The notes under the pieces: generated by a model
The model's input: the letters and a program-made list of their open reading frames with translations, nothing else
Database searches by the model: none
Told to the model about the DNA's origin: nothing
NCBI GenBank assembly: GCA_001801465.1
Contig: MGXT01000017.1
Location: forward strand, 22,362 to 86,361
Length of the DNA: 64,000 bases
Direction: 5' to 3'
DNA from: Gammaproteobacteria bacterium RIFCSPHIGHO2_12_FULL_35_23
GTDB lineage: Bacteria; Pseudomonadota; Gammaproteobacteria; UBA12402
Part shown: positions 31,131 through 41,422 of the stretch, piece by piece
Layout: each line of letters begins with the position of its first letter
How positions within the stretch are numbered: the first letter of the stretch is position 1
Program-made: the position numbers and the translations under genes

Positions 31131-31478
31131 TTAACGTGTTTTATGATTAAGTTTATTGGCATTAGGATTAATGATAGCGGTGGCATGGGCCTCATCCCCG
31201 CGTCTTAAGGCTTTAATTACCCTTTTTAATTTTGCACCAAGCTCAGGACATTCTGCCATGATTAGTTCACATAACCTGCTATAGTCCTTAGTCGTTACTA
31301 AATTATTAGGTGCTGTTTCCATATTTTTTAAGCATCTTTTTCCTGTTGGGCTCGCCATAAAAGTTAGCAGTAGTTTAAGCGTTTGGGTTGAATGAGGAGA
31401 AAGCATAGGGTGCTCAGCCATAGCTTTTAGGTAGCCAGGGGATTTAAATAATACCTGAGGTAAAAAATGCGTAGCCAT
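31131..31478 (-). CDS. hypothetical protein
   Basis: 115 aa. GGAGAACC SD upstream on minus strand. No recognisable domain. Confidence 0.4.
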   Translation of the reverse strand: MATHFLPQVLFKSPGYLKAMAEHPMLSPHSTQTLKLLLTFMASPTGKRCLKNMETAPNNLVTTKDYSRLCELIMAECPELGAKLKRVIKALRRGDEAHATAIINPNANKLNHKTR

Positions 31479-31660
31479 AGGTTCTCCTTATTATTTTATT
31501 GTATAATTATAGTTCAGCTTTTGCATTACTACAAGAAAAAGCTATTAAGTCTCTGAAATAGTATAGCTATTAGCAGAGGATACCTTTTTATTATAGTTAA
31601 GTTTGCTGCGAAATCTAAAAGAGTACATACTAGCTCTCATCATTATTATAGGCAGTTAGT

Positions 31661-31918
31661 ATGACTACAGAAGCTGAATTAAATCGTTTAAAGTGGCAAT
31701 GTCGACGTGGGATGTTAGAGCTTGATCTTTTTTTGCAAAATTTTTTAGAAGGAAGCTATAACAAGTTGCCACAAAAAGATCAGGGATTATTTGCGGAACT
31801 ACTTAGTAATACGGACCAAGATCTTTATGCCTGGTTAACAGGGCAAGAAGAGCCTAGCAATGAGGCCTTCAAACGCATGGTAAAACTTATTCGCCAACAG
31901 CCTAAAACTATATTTTAA
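31661..31918 (+). CDS. sdhE: FAD assembly factor SdhE (YgfY/DUF339 family)
   Basis: 85 aa. Conserved RGMLELD (RGxxE) motif and the typical length of SdhE flavinylation factors. Confidence 0.7.
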   Translation: MTTEAELNRLKWQCRRGMLELDLFLQNFLEGSYNKLPQKDQGLFAELLSNTDQDLYAWLTGQEEPSNEAFKRMVKLIRQQPKTIF

Positions 31919-32035
31919 TCACTTCATTTCAAAATCAGCTAAGAACTTGTTAAGAGACTTAAGTTTAAGCAATTGCAAGTGGCTATCTAGGAAGCAATAC
32001 GGTAAAATCTGCGCTTTTATGTCACTTTAATAGTT

Positions 32036-33829
32036 ATGCAAAATATAAGAAACTTCTCAATTATTGCTCATATTGACCATGGTAAGTCTACTTTAGCTGA
32101 TCGGTTTATTCAGCTCTGTGGGGCTTTATCGGAGCGTGAAATGGCCGAACAAGTCTTAGATTCTATGGATATTGAGCGCGAGCGGGGCATTACGATTAAG
32201 GCCCAGAGTGTTGCCCTTTATTATAAAGCCAAAGATGGTCAAACTTATCAGCTGAATTTTATTGATACCCCTGGGCATGTCGATTTTACTTATGAAGTTT
32301 CTCGATCGTTAGCGGCCTGTGAAGGTGCCTTATTAGTTGTCGATGCAGCACAAGGGGTAGAGGCACAAACGGTAGCGGTTTGTTATACAGCCATTGAACA
32401 AAATTTAGAAGTAGTGCCAGTCTTAAATAAAATAGATTTGCCGCAAGCAGAACCAGAGCGAGTCATTAAAGAAATAGAAGAAATAATTGGTATTGAGGCA
32501 AGTGATGCAGTACGGGTAAGTGCTAAAACTGGTTTAGGTGTGCCAGATCTATTAGAACAATTAATTTCACGAATTCCAGCGCCACAAGGTGATCCAGAGG
32601 GCTCTTTACAAGCACTTATCATTGATTCTTGGTTTGATAGCTACTTAGGAGTTGTGTCCTTAGTGCGAGTTAAAAACGGTTGTTTAAGGGTTAAAGATAA
32701 AATTGCTATTATGTCTACTAAGCAAATTTATTTGGTTGATCGTGTGGGAATTTATACCCCAAAACTAACCGATAAAGACTGTCTAAATGCAGGGGAAGTA
32801 GGTTTTGTGGTAGCGGGTATTAAGGATATTCATGGAGCACCTGTAGGGGATACCATTACTTCTGCAAAAAATCCAGCAACCACTCCTTTAGCTGGTTTTA
32901 AAAAAATCAAACCACAAGTTTATGCCGGATTGTTTCCCGTGAGCGCAGATGATTATGAGTCTTTTCGTGATGCTTTAGAAAAACTTAGCTTAAATGACGC
33001 CTCATTATTTTATGAACCTGAAAATTCAGCTGCATTGGGATTTGGTTTTCGCTGCGGTTTTTTAGGGATGCTGCATATGGAAATTATCCAAGAAAGGCTG
33101 GAGCGCGAATATGATTTAAATCTTATTACCACGGCGCCAACGGTTATTTATGAGCTGGTTTTAAATAGTGGGGAAGTGATACAAATTGAAAATCCTTCTA
33201 AATTACCTGAACTTAATAAAGTTAAGGAAATGCGCGAGCCTATTGTTATTGCAAATATTTTAGTACCCCAAGAATATTTAGGTAATATTATTACCTTGTG
33301 TATAGAAAAACGTGGGGTGCAAAAGCAAATGCAATATATTGGTAATCAGGTTTCTTTGACCTATGAATTACCTCTTAATGAAGTTATTATGGATTTTTTT
33401 GATCGCTTAAAATCAGTTAGCCGAGGTTATGCTTCATTAGATTACAGTTTTACCCGTTTTCAGCCTGCTGAGCTCGTTAAGCTAGATATTTTAGTGAACA
33501 ATGAAAACATCGACTCTTTGGCTGTGATTGTTCATAAATTGCAGGCAGAATATCGTGGTCGCCGTCTAGTTGAAAAAATGAAAGAGCTTATCCCAAGGCA
33601 AATGTTTGAGGTGGCTATTCAAGCAGCAATCAGCAATCGGATTATTGCTAGGGCAACCGTTAAAGCATTACGTAAAAATGTTATTGCTAAATGTTACGGG
33701 GGGGACATTACTCGTAAACGAAAATTATTAGAGAAACAAAAAGAAGGTAAGAAACGGATGAAGCGTTTTGGAAAAGTGGAAATCCCACAAGAAGCATTTT
33801 TAGCGATATTAAAAGTATATGATAAATAG
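32036..33829 (+). CDS. lepA: elongation factor 4 (LepA)
   Basis: 597 aa. [19 protein letters not shown]1 motif, [13 protein letters not shown]-terminal LepA-specific domain. Confidence 0.95.
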   Translation: MQNIRNFSIIAHIDHGKSTLADRFIQLCGALSEREMAEQVLDSMDIERERGITIKAQSVALYYKAKDGQTYQLNFIDTPGHVDFTYEVSRSLAACEGALLVVDAAQGVEAQTVAVCYTAIEQNLEVVPVLNKIDLPQAEPERVIKEIEEIIGIEASDAVRVSAKTGLGVPDLLEQLISRIPAPQGDPEGSLQALIIDSWFDSYLGVVSLVRVKNGCLRVKDKIAIMSTKQIYLVDRVGIYTPKLTDKDCLNAGEVGFVVAGIKDIHGAPVGDTITSAKNPATTPLAGFKKIKPQVYAGLFPVSADDYESFRDALEKLSLNDASLFYEPENSAALGFGFRCGFLGMLHMEIIQERLEREYDLNLITTAPTVIYELVLNSGEVIQIENPSKLPELNKVKEMREPIVIANILVPQEYLGNIITLCIEKRGVQKQMQYIGNQVSLTYELPLNEVIMDFFDRLKSVSRGYASLDYSFTRFQPAELVKLDILVNNENIDSLAVIVHKLQAEYRGRRLVEKMKELIPRQMFEVAIQAAISNRIIARATVKALRKNVIAKCYGGDITRKRKLLEKQKEGKKRMKRFGKVEIPQEAFLAILKVYDK

Positions 33830-33862
33830 AATAAATAACAGGATTGTAAAAGGAGTCAATAC

Positions 33863-34801
33863 ATGTCAACAACTTCATTATTAATGCTCGTTATCATGAT
33901 AATTGCCGGTATTTATTGGCTTTATGATAGTTTTACTGCCGCGATCAAAAGAAAAAAAATGAAAGTTGAAGAGCCGGTGGTTGTTAGTTATGCAAGAGGG
34001 ATTTTTTTAATTCTTGCTGTTATTATTATGATTACTGTTTTTAATATTAGTATCTTATTGTTATTAGTCATATTAACTTTTGGTAGCTTAATTATTTGGA
34101 TGATTGATAAAGCTATATTTGAAAGAAGGCGTAAAATGCTTCAAGGTAAAGAACCTTTGTTAGTTGATTATGCACGCTCACTTTTTCCGGTATTTTTAAT
34201 TGTGTTACTTATAAGATCTTTTGTGGCTCAACCATTTCGAGTACCAACAGGATCTTTAGAGCCAACTATTATGCCTAACGACTTATTGCTGGTTTCACAG
34301 TTTTCTTATGGTTTAAGATTGCCAGTTATTCAAACCAAGATTTTAAACATTGGTGAACCAAAGCGTGGTGATATTGTAGTATTTAGTCATCCCGCAGTTC
34401 CTGGTATGGATCTTATTAAGCGAGTGATTGGTATACCGGGCGACCATATTATCTATAAAAATAAAGTGCTTTATATTAATGGTCAAATTATGCAACAGAC
34501 TTTTATCAAAAATGGCTATGATGTGGAGCCTGGTATGAATATCTCTGTTAAAGTTATGGAAGAAGATTTAGGGACTATGAAGCATCGTATTTTAATTTAT
34601 AATCAAGGTGGAGAAACCACTGATTTTAACTTTACTGTGCCACAAGGCTATTATTTCATGATGGGCGATAATCGCGATAATAGTGCTGATAGTAGGGTAT
34701 GGGGATTTATGCCTGAAAAGAACATTATTGGTAAGGCTGAAGTAATATTTTTCAGTTGGGATCATGGTATCCAATGGTCAAGAATTGGAGATAGACTGTA
34801 A
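33863..34801 (+). CDS. lepB: signal peptidase I
   Basis: 312 aa. Two N-terminal TM segments, catalytic Ser region (PTGSLEPTI) and the S26 box GDNRDNSADSR. Confidence 0.9.
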   Translation: MSTTSLLMLVIMIIAGIYWLYDSFTAAIKRKKMKVEEPVVVSYARGIFLILAVIIMITVFNISILLLLVILTFGSLIIWMIDKAIFERRRKMLQGKEPLLVDYARSLFPVFLIVLLIRSFVAQPFRVPTGSLEPTIMPNDLLLVSQFSYGLRLPVIQTKILNIGEPKRGDIVVFSHPAVPGMDLIKRVIGIPGDHIIYKNKVLYINGQIMQQTFIKNGYDVEPGMNISVKVMEEDLGTMKHRILIYNQGGETTDFNFTVPQGYYFMMGDNRDNSADSRVWGFMPEKNIIGKAEVIFFSWDHGIQWSRIGDRL

Positions 34802-34807
34802 ATAGGA

Positions 34808-35485
34808 GTGAATATGTCAAAATCGCTTGAAAAAACGATAGGCTATTCTTTTCAGCAACAGGAGTTATTAAAAAGAGCTTTAGCACACAGAAGCTATGGT
34901 AAACAGAATAATGAACGTTTAGAGTTTTTAGGCGATTCGTTATTAAATTTTATCGTGGCAGAAGATCTTTTTAAGCGCTTTCCTGATGCTGTAGAAGGTG
35001 AGCTAAGTAGATTGAGAGCAACGATTGTTAAAGGTGAAACCTTAGCAAAAATTGCTTTAAAGTTAAAATTAGGTTCGCACTTATTATTAGGCTCAGGAGA
35101 GTTAAAAAGTGGGGGTGAGCGTCGTAACTCAATTTTAGCTGATGCTTTAGAGGCCATTATTGCGGCAATTTATTTGGATGCGGGTCTTGAGATTTGTCGG
35201 GAGCGAGTTTTAGAATGGTTTGTGCAAGAGTTAGCAAATATTTCTCCAGATCGAATAATTAAAGACCCTAAATCTACTTTACAAGAATACTTACAATCCA
35301 AACAGTTGCCTTTGCCAGAATATTATTTAGTAGCTACTTCTGGTAAGGAGCATGAGCAAATTTTTACAGTCGAGTGTAGAGTAGCACTGCTTAATCACCC
35401 CGTTGCTGGTATTGAGACCAGTCGTCGCCGAGCTGAACAACAAGCCGCTTCAAATGCCTTAATGGAGCTAAAAATTTATGGCTAA
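34808..35485 (+). CDS. rnc: ribonuclease III
   Basis: 225 aa. RNase III signature ERLEFLGDS, C-terminal dsRBD. Confidence 0.9.
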   Translation: MNMSKSLEKTIGYSFQQQELLKRALAHRSYGKQNNERLEFLGDSLLNFIVAEDLFKRFPDAVEGELSRLRATIVKGETLAKIALKLKLGSHLLLGSGELKSGGERRNSILADALEAIIAAIYLDAGLEICRERVLEWFVQELANISPDRIIKDPKSTLQEYLQSKQLPLPEYYLVATSGKEHEQIFTVECRVALLNHPVAGIETSRRRAEQQAASNALMELKIYG

Positions 35486-36365
35486 TTCAAAATGCGGTTA
35501 TGTAGCTATTATTGGTCGTCCAAATGTTGGTAAATCTACTTTGCTTAATGAAATTATTGGCCAAAAAATTAGTATTACTTCTCATAAACAACAAACTACT
35601 AGACATGTTATTCATGGTATAAAGACTTATGATTCAGTGCAAATCGTTTATGTTGATACACCAGGTATCCATACAGAATCAAAGCGAGCTTTAAACCAAT
35701 ACATGAATCGAGCGGCTCGTTCAGCGACCGGTGAAGTGGATGTAATCTTGTTTATTATTTCTATCGAACATTGGACTCATAACGATGAGCTTGTTTTAAA
35801 ACAATTACAGCACGCTAATTGCCCTGTTATTTTAGTGGTTAATAAAATTGATACAGTTCCTAATAAAGGTGAGTTGTTAATTAAGCTTGATGAACTATCA
35901 AAAAAGATGAAATTCGCAGAAATTGTGCCAATTTCTGCGACTAAAAAAACAAATGTAACAACTTTAGAAAAAGTAATTGAAAAATATTTGCCAGAAGGCC
36001 CACATTTTTTTCAAGCCGAGCAAATAACCGATCAAAACGATGGGTTTTTAATTGCAGAAATTATCCGTGAAAAATTATTTAAATGGGTACACCAAGAGGT
36101 ACCTTATTCAACTACTGTTATGGTTGAAGAAATTAAACACGAAGATAAGTTGATGCGAATTTACGCAACAATTTATGTAGAAAAATCTGGCCAAAAAGCA
36201 ATTATTATTGGCAAACAAGGAAGTAAGTTAAAGCAGATAGGAAGAGAAGCGAGATTAGAGTTAGAAAAAATGTATGGCAATAAAATATTCTTACAGCTTT
36301 GGGTAAAAATAAAAACTGAGTGGTCAGAAAATGAGAGAACTTTAAAGCAATTTGGTTTTGATTAA
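35478..36365 (+). CDS. era: GTPase Era
   Basis: 295 aa. GRPNVGKSTL G1, DTPG, NKID, C-terminal KH domain. 8-nt overlap with rnc as is typical. Confidence 0.9.
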   Translation: MANSKCGYVAIIGRPNVGKSTLLNEIIGQKISITSHKQQTTRHVIHGIKTYDSVQIVYVDTPGIHTESKRALNQYMNRAARSATGEVDVILFIISIEHWTHNDELVLKQLQHANCPVILVVNKIDTVPNKGELLIKLDELSKKMKFAEIVPISATKKTNVTTLEKVIEKYLPEGPHFFQAEQITDQNDGFLIAEIIREKLFKWVHQEVPYSTTVMVEEIKHEDKLMRIYATIYVEKSGQKAIIIGKQGSKLKQIGREARLELEKMYGNKIFLQLWVKIKTEWSENERTLKQFGFD

Positions 36366-36367
36366 GC

Positions 36368-37081
36368 ATGACAGAGGCAATTTCATTAAAGATTTTATAT
36401 ATTCTTCATTCACGCCCTTACCGTGATACGAGTTTATTATTAGAATGCTTAACATTAGAAGAAGGATTAATTAGCTTAGTGGCTCGTGGTGCGAAACGAC
36501 CTAAGTCTCCTTATAGAAATATTCTCCAGCTATTTACTCCGTTGTTGGCAAGTTGGTATGGGAAAGGAGATTTAAAAACCCTAAAAACAGCAGAATTGGC
36601 TGTAGTCACTCAGCCTATGTTTGGCCAACAATTATTCAAGGGTTTTTATATCAATGAATTGTTGCTAAAAGTCTTGCATAGACATGACCCTTGCCCTGTT
36701 ATTTTTAAGCTATACCAGACAATCATTGCCAGTGATTTGTCTGAAGTAGAGTTAAGAAAATTTGAACTAAGCTTACTGGCGCAATTAGGGTATGGATTGC
36801 AACTTACTCATGATGTCAAAACGCAGCAGCCTATCCAAGCAGAATATGATTATTATTACGATGCTTCCATTGGATTTACTGTCTTGTCAGAATTAAAGCT
36901 AGCGGTTTCTGCGAAATATATTTTTAAAGGTTCACATATAATAGCTATTTATCAAGGCAACTATCAGGATCCAGAAATATTAAAAAGTGCAAAGCGATTA
37001 TCTCGTGTAGCTTTTATGTTGTTATTAGGAAATAAACCATTAAAAAGCCGAGAGCTTTTTATTACCTATCCCTTAGAATAA
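36368..37081 (+). CDS. recO: DNA repair protein RecO
   Basis: 237 aa. Conserved position after era, with the OB-fold N-terminus typical of RecO. Confidence 0.75.
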   Translation: MTEAISLKILYILHSRPYRDTSLLLECLTLEEGLISLVARGAKRPKSPYRNILQLFTPLLASWYGKGDLKTLKTAELAVVTQPMFGQQLFKGFYINELLLKVLHRHDPCPVIFKLYQTIIASDLSEVELRKFELSLLAQLGYGLQLTHDVKTQQPIQAEYDYYYDASIGFTVLSELKLAVSAKYIFKGSHIIAIYQGNYQDPEILKSAKRLSRVAFMLLLGNKPLKSRELFITYPLE

Positions 37082-37201
37082 GCTAATAATTTGAATAGAT
37101 TCATAAAATAAATATTTTATGAGGCTGTTTTAATCAGGTAATCAATTCTATAATTATAATTAGGTACATTGGTGCTGGCAAAGGACTGCAAGAAAGGTGC
37201 A

Positions 37202-37993
37202 ATGATGGTTTTTACTAAAGAACAATTAGATGCTATTATTCAAAATCCCACTGCAAGCAAGTTGCATAACTTCTTTTTTAGAGATCGGGTTATTCTTGCT
37301 GCAAGACAACGATTTAGTGCTTGGTCGGGTGAGCTTAGTTTAGAGCAACAATTGGCAGTTATTCAATTCTTTTTGGACAATAAACCGATAGATGTGTTGC
37401 AAGCTGAAGCCGCGAGCCCATCTTCCTATTGGTCAAAAATTCTAAAAGCGCTATTTAATATAGGTGACGGGCCTGCCAAGGCAAAAGAATTAAGCTTTTA
37501 TTTAATATGCCTTTACCAAAAAGAAATTTTAACACTGGATTTATTTAATAGGTTAACCAACTTTACAGATAATTCAATTGTGATGGCTTGGTCATTACTC
37601 GTGCTTCATGCAGCAGGCTTACTTACTGATGCTAACAAAAAAACCCTTTTTAAATTTGTAGAGAGTGAATATTTGCGAGATATTTTGTATGTTCTTGCTA
37701 GGGAGCATTTGTTAAGTTTATATAATTTTAAACATATTACTAGCTGTGCTGTATTTATACCGCTACATAATTTACTGGTAAGATTATATGACAGTGGGGT
37801 GGTACTTACCCAAGAAGAATTAACACGGCTATTGAATTTAAGCGATAAAGGGTTAAGAGAATATAAAAGAGAAGCAGTAGCAGGAGATTTTTTAAAGACT
37901 TTTAAAAGAGTTTTTGCTGCTGAAGAAGAAGGGTATGGGCTTTACTCTTTATTAGATGACCAAGATTTATCGTCGCCTTTGAGTGTTCCTTAA
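37202..37993 (+). CDS. hypothetical protein (candidate accessory/effector protein)
   Basis: About 264 aa from the ATGATG start (AAGAAAGGTG SD). Helical, Leu-rich, no recognisable domain. Occupies the position where many gammaproteobacteria carry pdxJ/acpS after recO. Confidence 0.45.
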   Translation: MMVFTKEQLDAIIQNPTASKLHNFFFRDRVILAARQRFSAWSGELSLEQQLAVIQFFLDNKPIDVLQAEAASPSSYWSKILKALFNIGDGPAKAKELSFYLICLYQKEILTLDLFNRLTNFTDNSIVMAWSLLVLHAAGLLTDANKKTLFKFVESEYLRDILYVLAREHLLSLYNFKHITSCAVFIPLHNLLVRLYDSGVVLTQEELTRLLNLSDKGLREYKREAVAGDFLKTFKRVFAAEEEGYGLYSLLDDQDLSSPLSVP

Positions 37994-38003
37994 AATAAGG
38001 TTC

Positions 38004-38459
38004 TTATTTAATTTTTGAGGAACCAATAGTATGAGCAAATACTACTTTATTTCCAACTTGAATTTGATGATGCTTAGTAAATCCTGCATTGACTTCAAGG
38101 GCATAGTTGGCGGGTACAGCAGAGACATAAATAGGGCAAGGGGCTGTTGTACAAGGTGACATAGTTTGGACATTAACTATTTGCCACTGATCGTTAATAA
38201 ATAAAATATCTAAAGGAATGAGGGTGTTTTTCATCCAAAAATCTAAATATTGTGATTGCTTAAATATAAATAACATGCCTTGATTGGGTGCTAAGTAGCT
38301 TTGATTCATCAAACCTTTTTCTCTTGCAGTGGATGTTTTGGCCATCGTAGCGATCACTGTTACTGGTTTGGTTTGTGTCATAATTATTAATGAGACAGAG
38401 CTTGCAAAGCTTGTTTCAATTAAAAAAAGACTTAATCCGATAAGAATAATTTGTCGCAT
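38004..38459 (-). CDS. DUF192-domain secreted protein
   Basis: 151 aa. Signal peptide, then the conserved DUF192/COG1430 core (MKNTLIPLDILFINDQWQIVNVQTM..PC.....YALEVNAGF). Confidence 0.5.
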   Translation of the reverse strand: MRQIILIGLSLFLIETSFASSVSLIIMTQTKPVTVIATMAKTSTAREKGLMNQSYLAPNQGMLFIFKQSQYLDFWMKNTLIPLDILFINDQWQIVNVQTMSPCTTAPCPIYVSAVPANYALEVNAGFTKHHQIQVGNKVVFAHTIGSSKIK

Positions 38460-38464
38460 AAAAA

Positions 38465-38803
38465 TTACTGAAAAGGATAATTTAAAACCAGCTCTATTTC
38501 TTGAATTAAATTTTCATAGAGGGTTTTAAGCCGGTCAGTTTCATGGTGTTTAGCAGCTAATTCCAATTCTGCTACACTTATTTTGAGTCTAGGAGTACCG
38601 GTATAGCAGGTGGCACCATGAAGTTTATGGGTAGCTTTTGCTAAAGCCTCAAGATTATTGCTTTCATAGGCTGCAATAATTTCTTTTTTATGTTCAGGCA
38701 AAGCAGCAAGAAGCATGGTAATAAGCTCTTTAGCCATGGCCTTATCATTACTGACGAGTTTGGCGCCAAACTCTAAGTCTATGGGGGTTATCTTCTCAGT
38801 CAT
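38465..38803 (-). CDS. stand-alone histidine phosphotransfer (Hpt) domain protein
   Basis: About 112 aa from the internal Met (the ORF could extend to 38851). Hpt signature around the phospho-accepting His: AKATHKLHGATCYTGTPRL (hHxLKGxxxxxG). Four-helix-bundle length. Confidence 0.55.
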   Translation of the reverse strand: MTEKITPIDLEFGAKLVSNDKAMAKELITMLLAALPEHKKEIIAAYESNNLEALAKATHKLHGATCYTGTPRLKISVAELELAAKHHETDRLKTLYENLIQEIELVLNYPFQ

Positions 38804-39230
38804 AAGCGGTTTCCTGTTTAGCACGATTCCAGTATTCAAGTAATTGCTCAAAACTCAAGTCAGTAAATTTTTTATTTTCTTGTTTTAAAGCTTGCTCTAT
38901 ATGTTGAAAACGACGTATAAATTTTTCATTTGCAAGGTGTAAAGCCATCTCAACATTGGTATTAAGATGCCTTGCTAGATTAACACAAGTAAACAAAATG
39001 TCACCAAACTCCAGCACAATTTTAGTAGGTGGTTGTTGTTGATGTATAGCTTCTTCTAGTTCAGCAACTTCAGCTTTTAAAACCCCAATGACTTGATCAA
39101 CATTTATCCAGTCAAAATTTACTTCAGCAGTTTTAGTTTGTATTTTTTCAGAACGTATCACAGGAGGTAGAGAGCTTGAAAAAGCGGCTAATAGACTAGG
39201 GGCGTTTTCTTTATTAGTGGGGTTTTTCAT
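38796..39230 (-). CDS. mazG: nucleoside triphosphate pyrophosphohydrolase, single-domain MazG
   Basis: 144 aa. Aligns with the C-terminal MazG domain of E. coli MazG (NFDWINVDQVIGVLKAEVAELEEAI ... EFGDILFTCVNLARHLNTNVEMALHLANEKFIRRF vs GFDW..EE.GDLLFATVNLARHLG..AE.ALQKANEKFERRF). The N-terminal MazG domain is absent. Start overlaps the relA stop by 17 nt. Confidence 0.6.
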   Translation of the reverse strand: MKNPTNKENAPSLLAAFSSSLPPVIRSEKIQTKTAEVNFDWINVDQVIGVLKAEVAELEEAIHQQQPPTKIVLEFGDILFTCVNLARHLNTNVEMALHLANEKFIRRFQHIEQALKQENKKFTDLSFEQLLEYWNRAKQETAYD

Positions 39231-41415
39231 AAGTGCGTTTACGAATGACCGAATTAATATTAGGAATTTGATTAATCTTATCTAAAATATGGCTTAGATC
39301 TGCTAAATCATTAATTTCTATGGTAACAGTAATATAAGCGGTATGCTGCTTTTTATTAGTGACAGTATTTAAATTTAAAATGTTTATTTTATCATTTGCT
39401 AAGATTTGCGCTATATCACTAATAAGACCTGCGCGGTCAAAAGCTTGAATTTCAATATCAACTGGGTAAGAAGCTTGCGTTGTTTCAATCCACTCAACTT
39501 CAATAAGCTTATTATTATAATGATCGTCAAGATTAATAATATTTTTGCAATCGCGATGATGGATAGAAACCCCATGCCCTTGTGTAATATAACCGACTAT
39601 AGGATCACCTGGAATAGGTTTACAACAGTTGGCAATATGAGTTAATAAGTCGCCTACACCATAAATAGCAATATCCCCATGATATTTTTTACTAGGTGGT
39701 TTTTTGCTTGTAGCATGAAAAATTTGTGTCGATGTTGATTTAATCTCTAAATTCTTTTGTAAAGCACCAATCACTTGTGCAAACCGCAGATCTCCGTTAC
39801 CTAAGGCAGCGAACATGTTGTCTTGATCTTTGTAATTGAGTTGGAGTGCAAGTTTTTCAAGATTAGGATCTTCTAAATTTAAACGTTTAATTTCTTTTTC
39901 AAGTAAATTACGCCCTTCTTCGATATGCCTTTCTAAATCCTGCTTTTTAAACCAGTGATGTACTTTAGCTCTGGCTCTAGCCGTTTTTAAATAACCACGT
40001 TGCGAAATTAACCAGTCTCGGCTTGGCGCACCTGTTTTAGCTGTTAAAATTTCGACTACGTCTCCTAATTGTAATGCGGTAGTTAAAGGAACTAATTTAC
40101 CTTTAATTTTTGCTCCTCGGCAGCGATGACCTAAATCGGTATGAATATGATAAGCAAAATCTAAGGGGGTAGAACCAGGTTGCATGTCAATAATTTCACC
40201 ATTTGGGGTAAAGACATAAATTCTTTCTTCAAAAACATTTTTTTCAAGTTCAATGGGTAGTTCTTTATTATCACTGACTTCTTTTTGCCATTCTAATAGT
40301 TGTCGTAGCCACTTTATTTTTTCTTCATAACCTGTTGCAGCGCTGCCTTCTTTATACATCCAGTGTGCTGCTACACCCATTTCAGATTCTTCGTGCATGT
40401 TAAAGGTTCTTATTTGTATTTCAAAAGGTTTGCCATCAGTATCTAAAGCTGCAGTGTGAATAGAACGGTAACCGTTCAGTTTAGGTTTAGCAATGTAATC
40501 ATCAAATTCTTCTTTAATTGGTTTCCAAGTATCATGTACATAGCTTAACAAGGTATAACAGTCTTCAATAGTAGGCACTAATATGCGTAAGGCAATAGCA
40601 TCATAAATTTGTTCGAGCCCTACTTTTTTACGTTGCATTTTTCTATAAATACTATAGATATGCTTAGCTCGACCCTGGATCTCACCCGCGATGCCTGTTT
40701 TCTCAAGAAATTTATTTAAATGATTGATAAGAGATTGGACGCGTTCTTCACGATCAATACGCCTTTCGCGAAGATTTTTTGCAATAGTAAAGTAGTTATC
40801 AGGATCCAAAATAGCAAACGATAAATCTTCGAGCTGCCATTTAATAATATTGGTACCTAATCGACTCGCTAAAGGTGCATAAACTTCCATGGTTTCATTA
40901 GCTAAGCGTTTTTTTTCTATATCTGACAAATGATTACAGGTCCGCATAATACTTAATCGTTCAGCCAGTTTTATAATCACAACACTTACGTCCTGAACCA
41001 TGGATAATAACATTTTTCTGATATTATCAATTTGCTTTAATGAGGTTGAAGATAGAGATTGAATACTGCTTATATCATGTAGTTTGTGTGTACTGTGAAC
41101 TAGTTTAGTAACTCGTGAGCCTAGTTGTTCTTCGATATCTTCCAGACTTAAGCCAGCATATTCATAAGCAGGGTAAACTAGCGCTGCTGCAATAGCTTCA
41201 TCGCCTAATTTTAAACGGGCAATATGTTCAGCAATTTCTAAGCTTTGTAAGAAACAAGAGCGGGCATAATGATTGGCACGATCTTCGCCAGCGACTTGGC
41301 TTAAGCTGCAGGCTGATTTAACTAGCGGTGAAGTGTTATGAATTTGTTGCAGCCAATTCTCTATATTGACTGAACCATCTTGATTAAGGGGGGTGGTTTT
41401 ATGGGTTTTTACCAT
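39214..41415 (-). CDS. relA: GTP pyrophosphokinase RelA ((p)ppGpp synthetase I)
   Basis: 733 aa. Degenerate HD (hydrolase) domain, intact synthetase domain, TGS and ACT C-terminal domains. The rlmD-relA-mazG arrangement is as in E. coli. Confidence 0.9.
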   Translation of the reverse strand: MVKTHKTTPLNQDGSVNIENWLQQIHNTSPLVKSACSLSQVAGEDRANHYARSCFLQSLEIAEHIARLKLGDEAIAAALVYPAYEYAGLSLEDIEEQLGSRVTKLVHSTHKLHDISSIQSLSSTSLKQIDNIRKMLLSMVQDVSVVIIKLAERLSIMRTCNHLSDIEKKRLANETMEVYAPLASRLGTNIIKWQLEDLSFAILDPDNYFTIAKNLRERRIDREERVQSLINHLNKFLEKTGIAGEIQGRAKHIYSIYRKMQRKKVGLEQIYDAIALRILVPTIEDCYTLLSYVHDTWKPIKEEFDDYIAKPKLNGYRSIHTAALDTDGKPFEIQIRTFNMHEESEMGVAAHWMYKEGSAATGYEEKIKWLRQLLEWQKEVSDNKELPIELEKNVFEERIYVFTPNGEIIDMQPGSTPLDFAYHIHTDLGHRCRGAKIKGKLVPLTTALQLGDVVEILTAKTGAPSRDWLISQRGYLKTARARAKVHHWFKKQDLERHIEEGRNLLEKEIKRLNLEDPNLEKLALQLNYKDQDNMFAALGNGDLRFAQVIGALQKNLEIKSTSTQIFHATSKKPPSKKYHGDIAIYGVGDLLTHIANCCKPIPGDPIVGYITQGHGVSIHHRDCKNIINLDDHYNNKLIEVEWIETTQASYPVDIEIQAFDRAGLISDIAQILANDKINILNLNTVTNKKQHTAYITVTIEINDLADLSHILDKINQIPNINSVIRKRTYEKPH

Positions 41416-41422
41416 TATGCAA

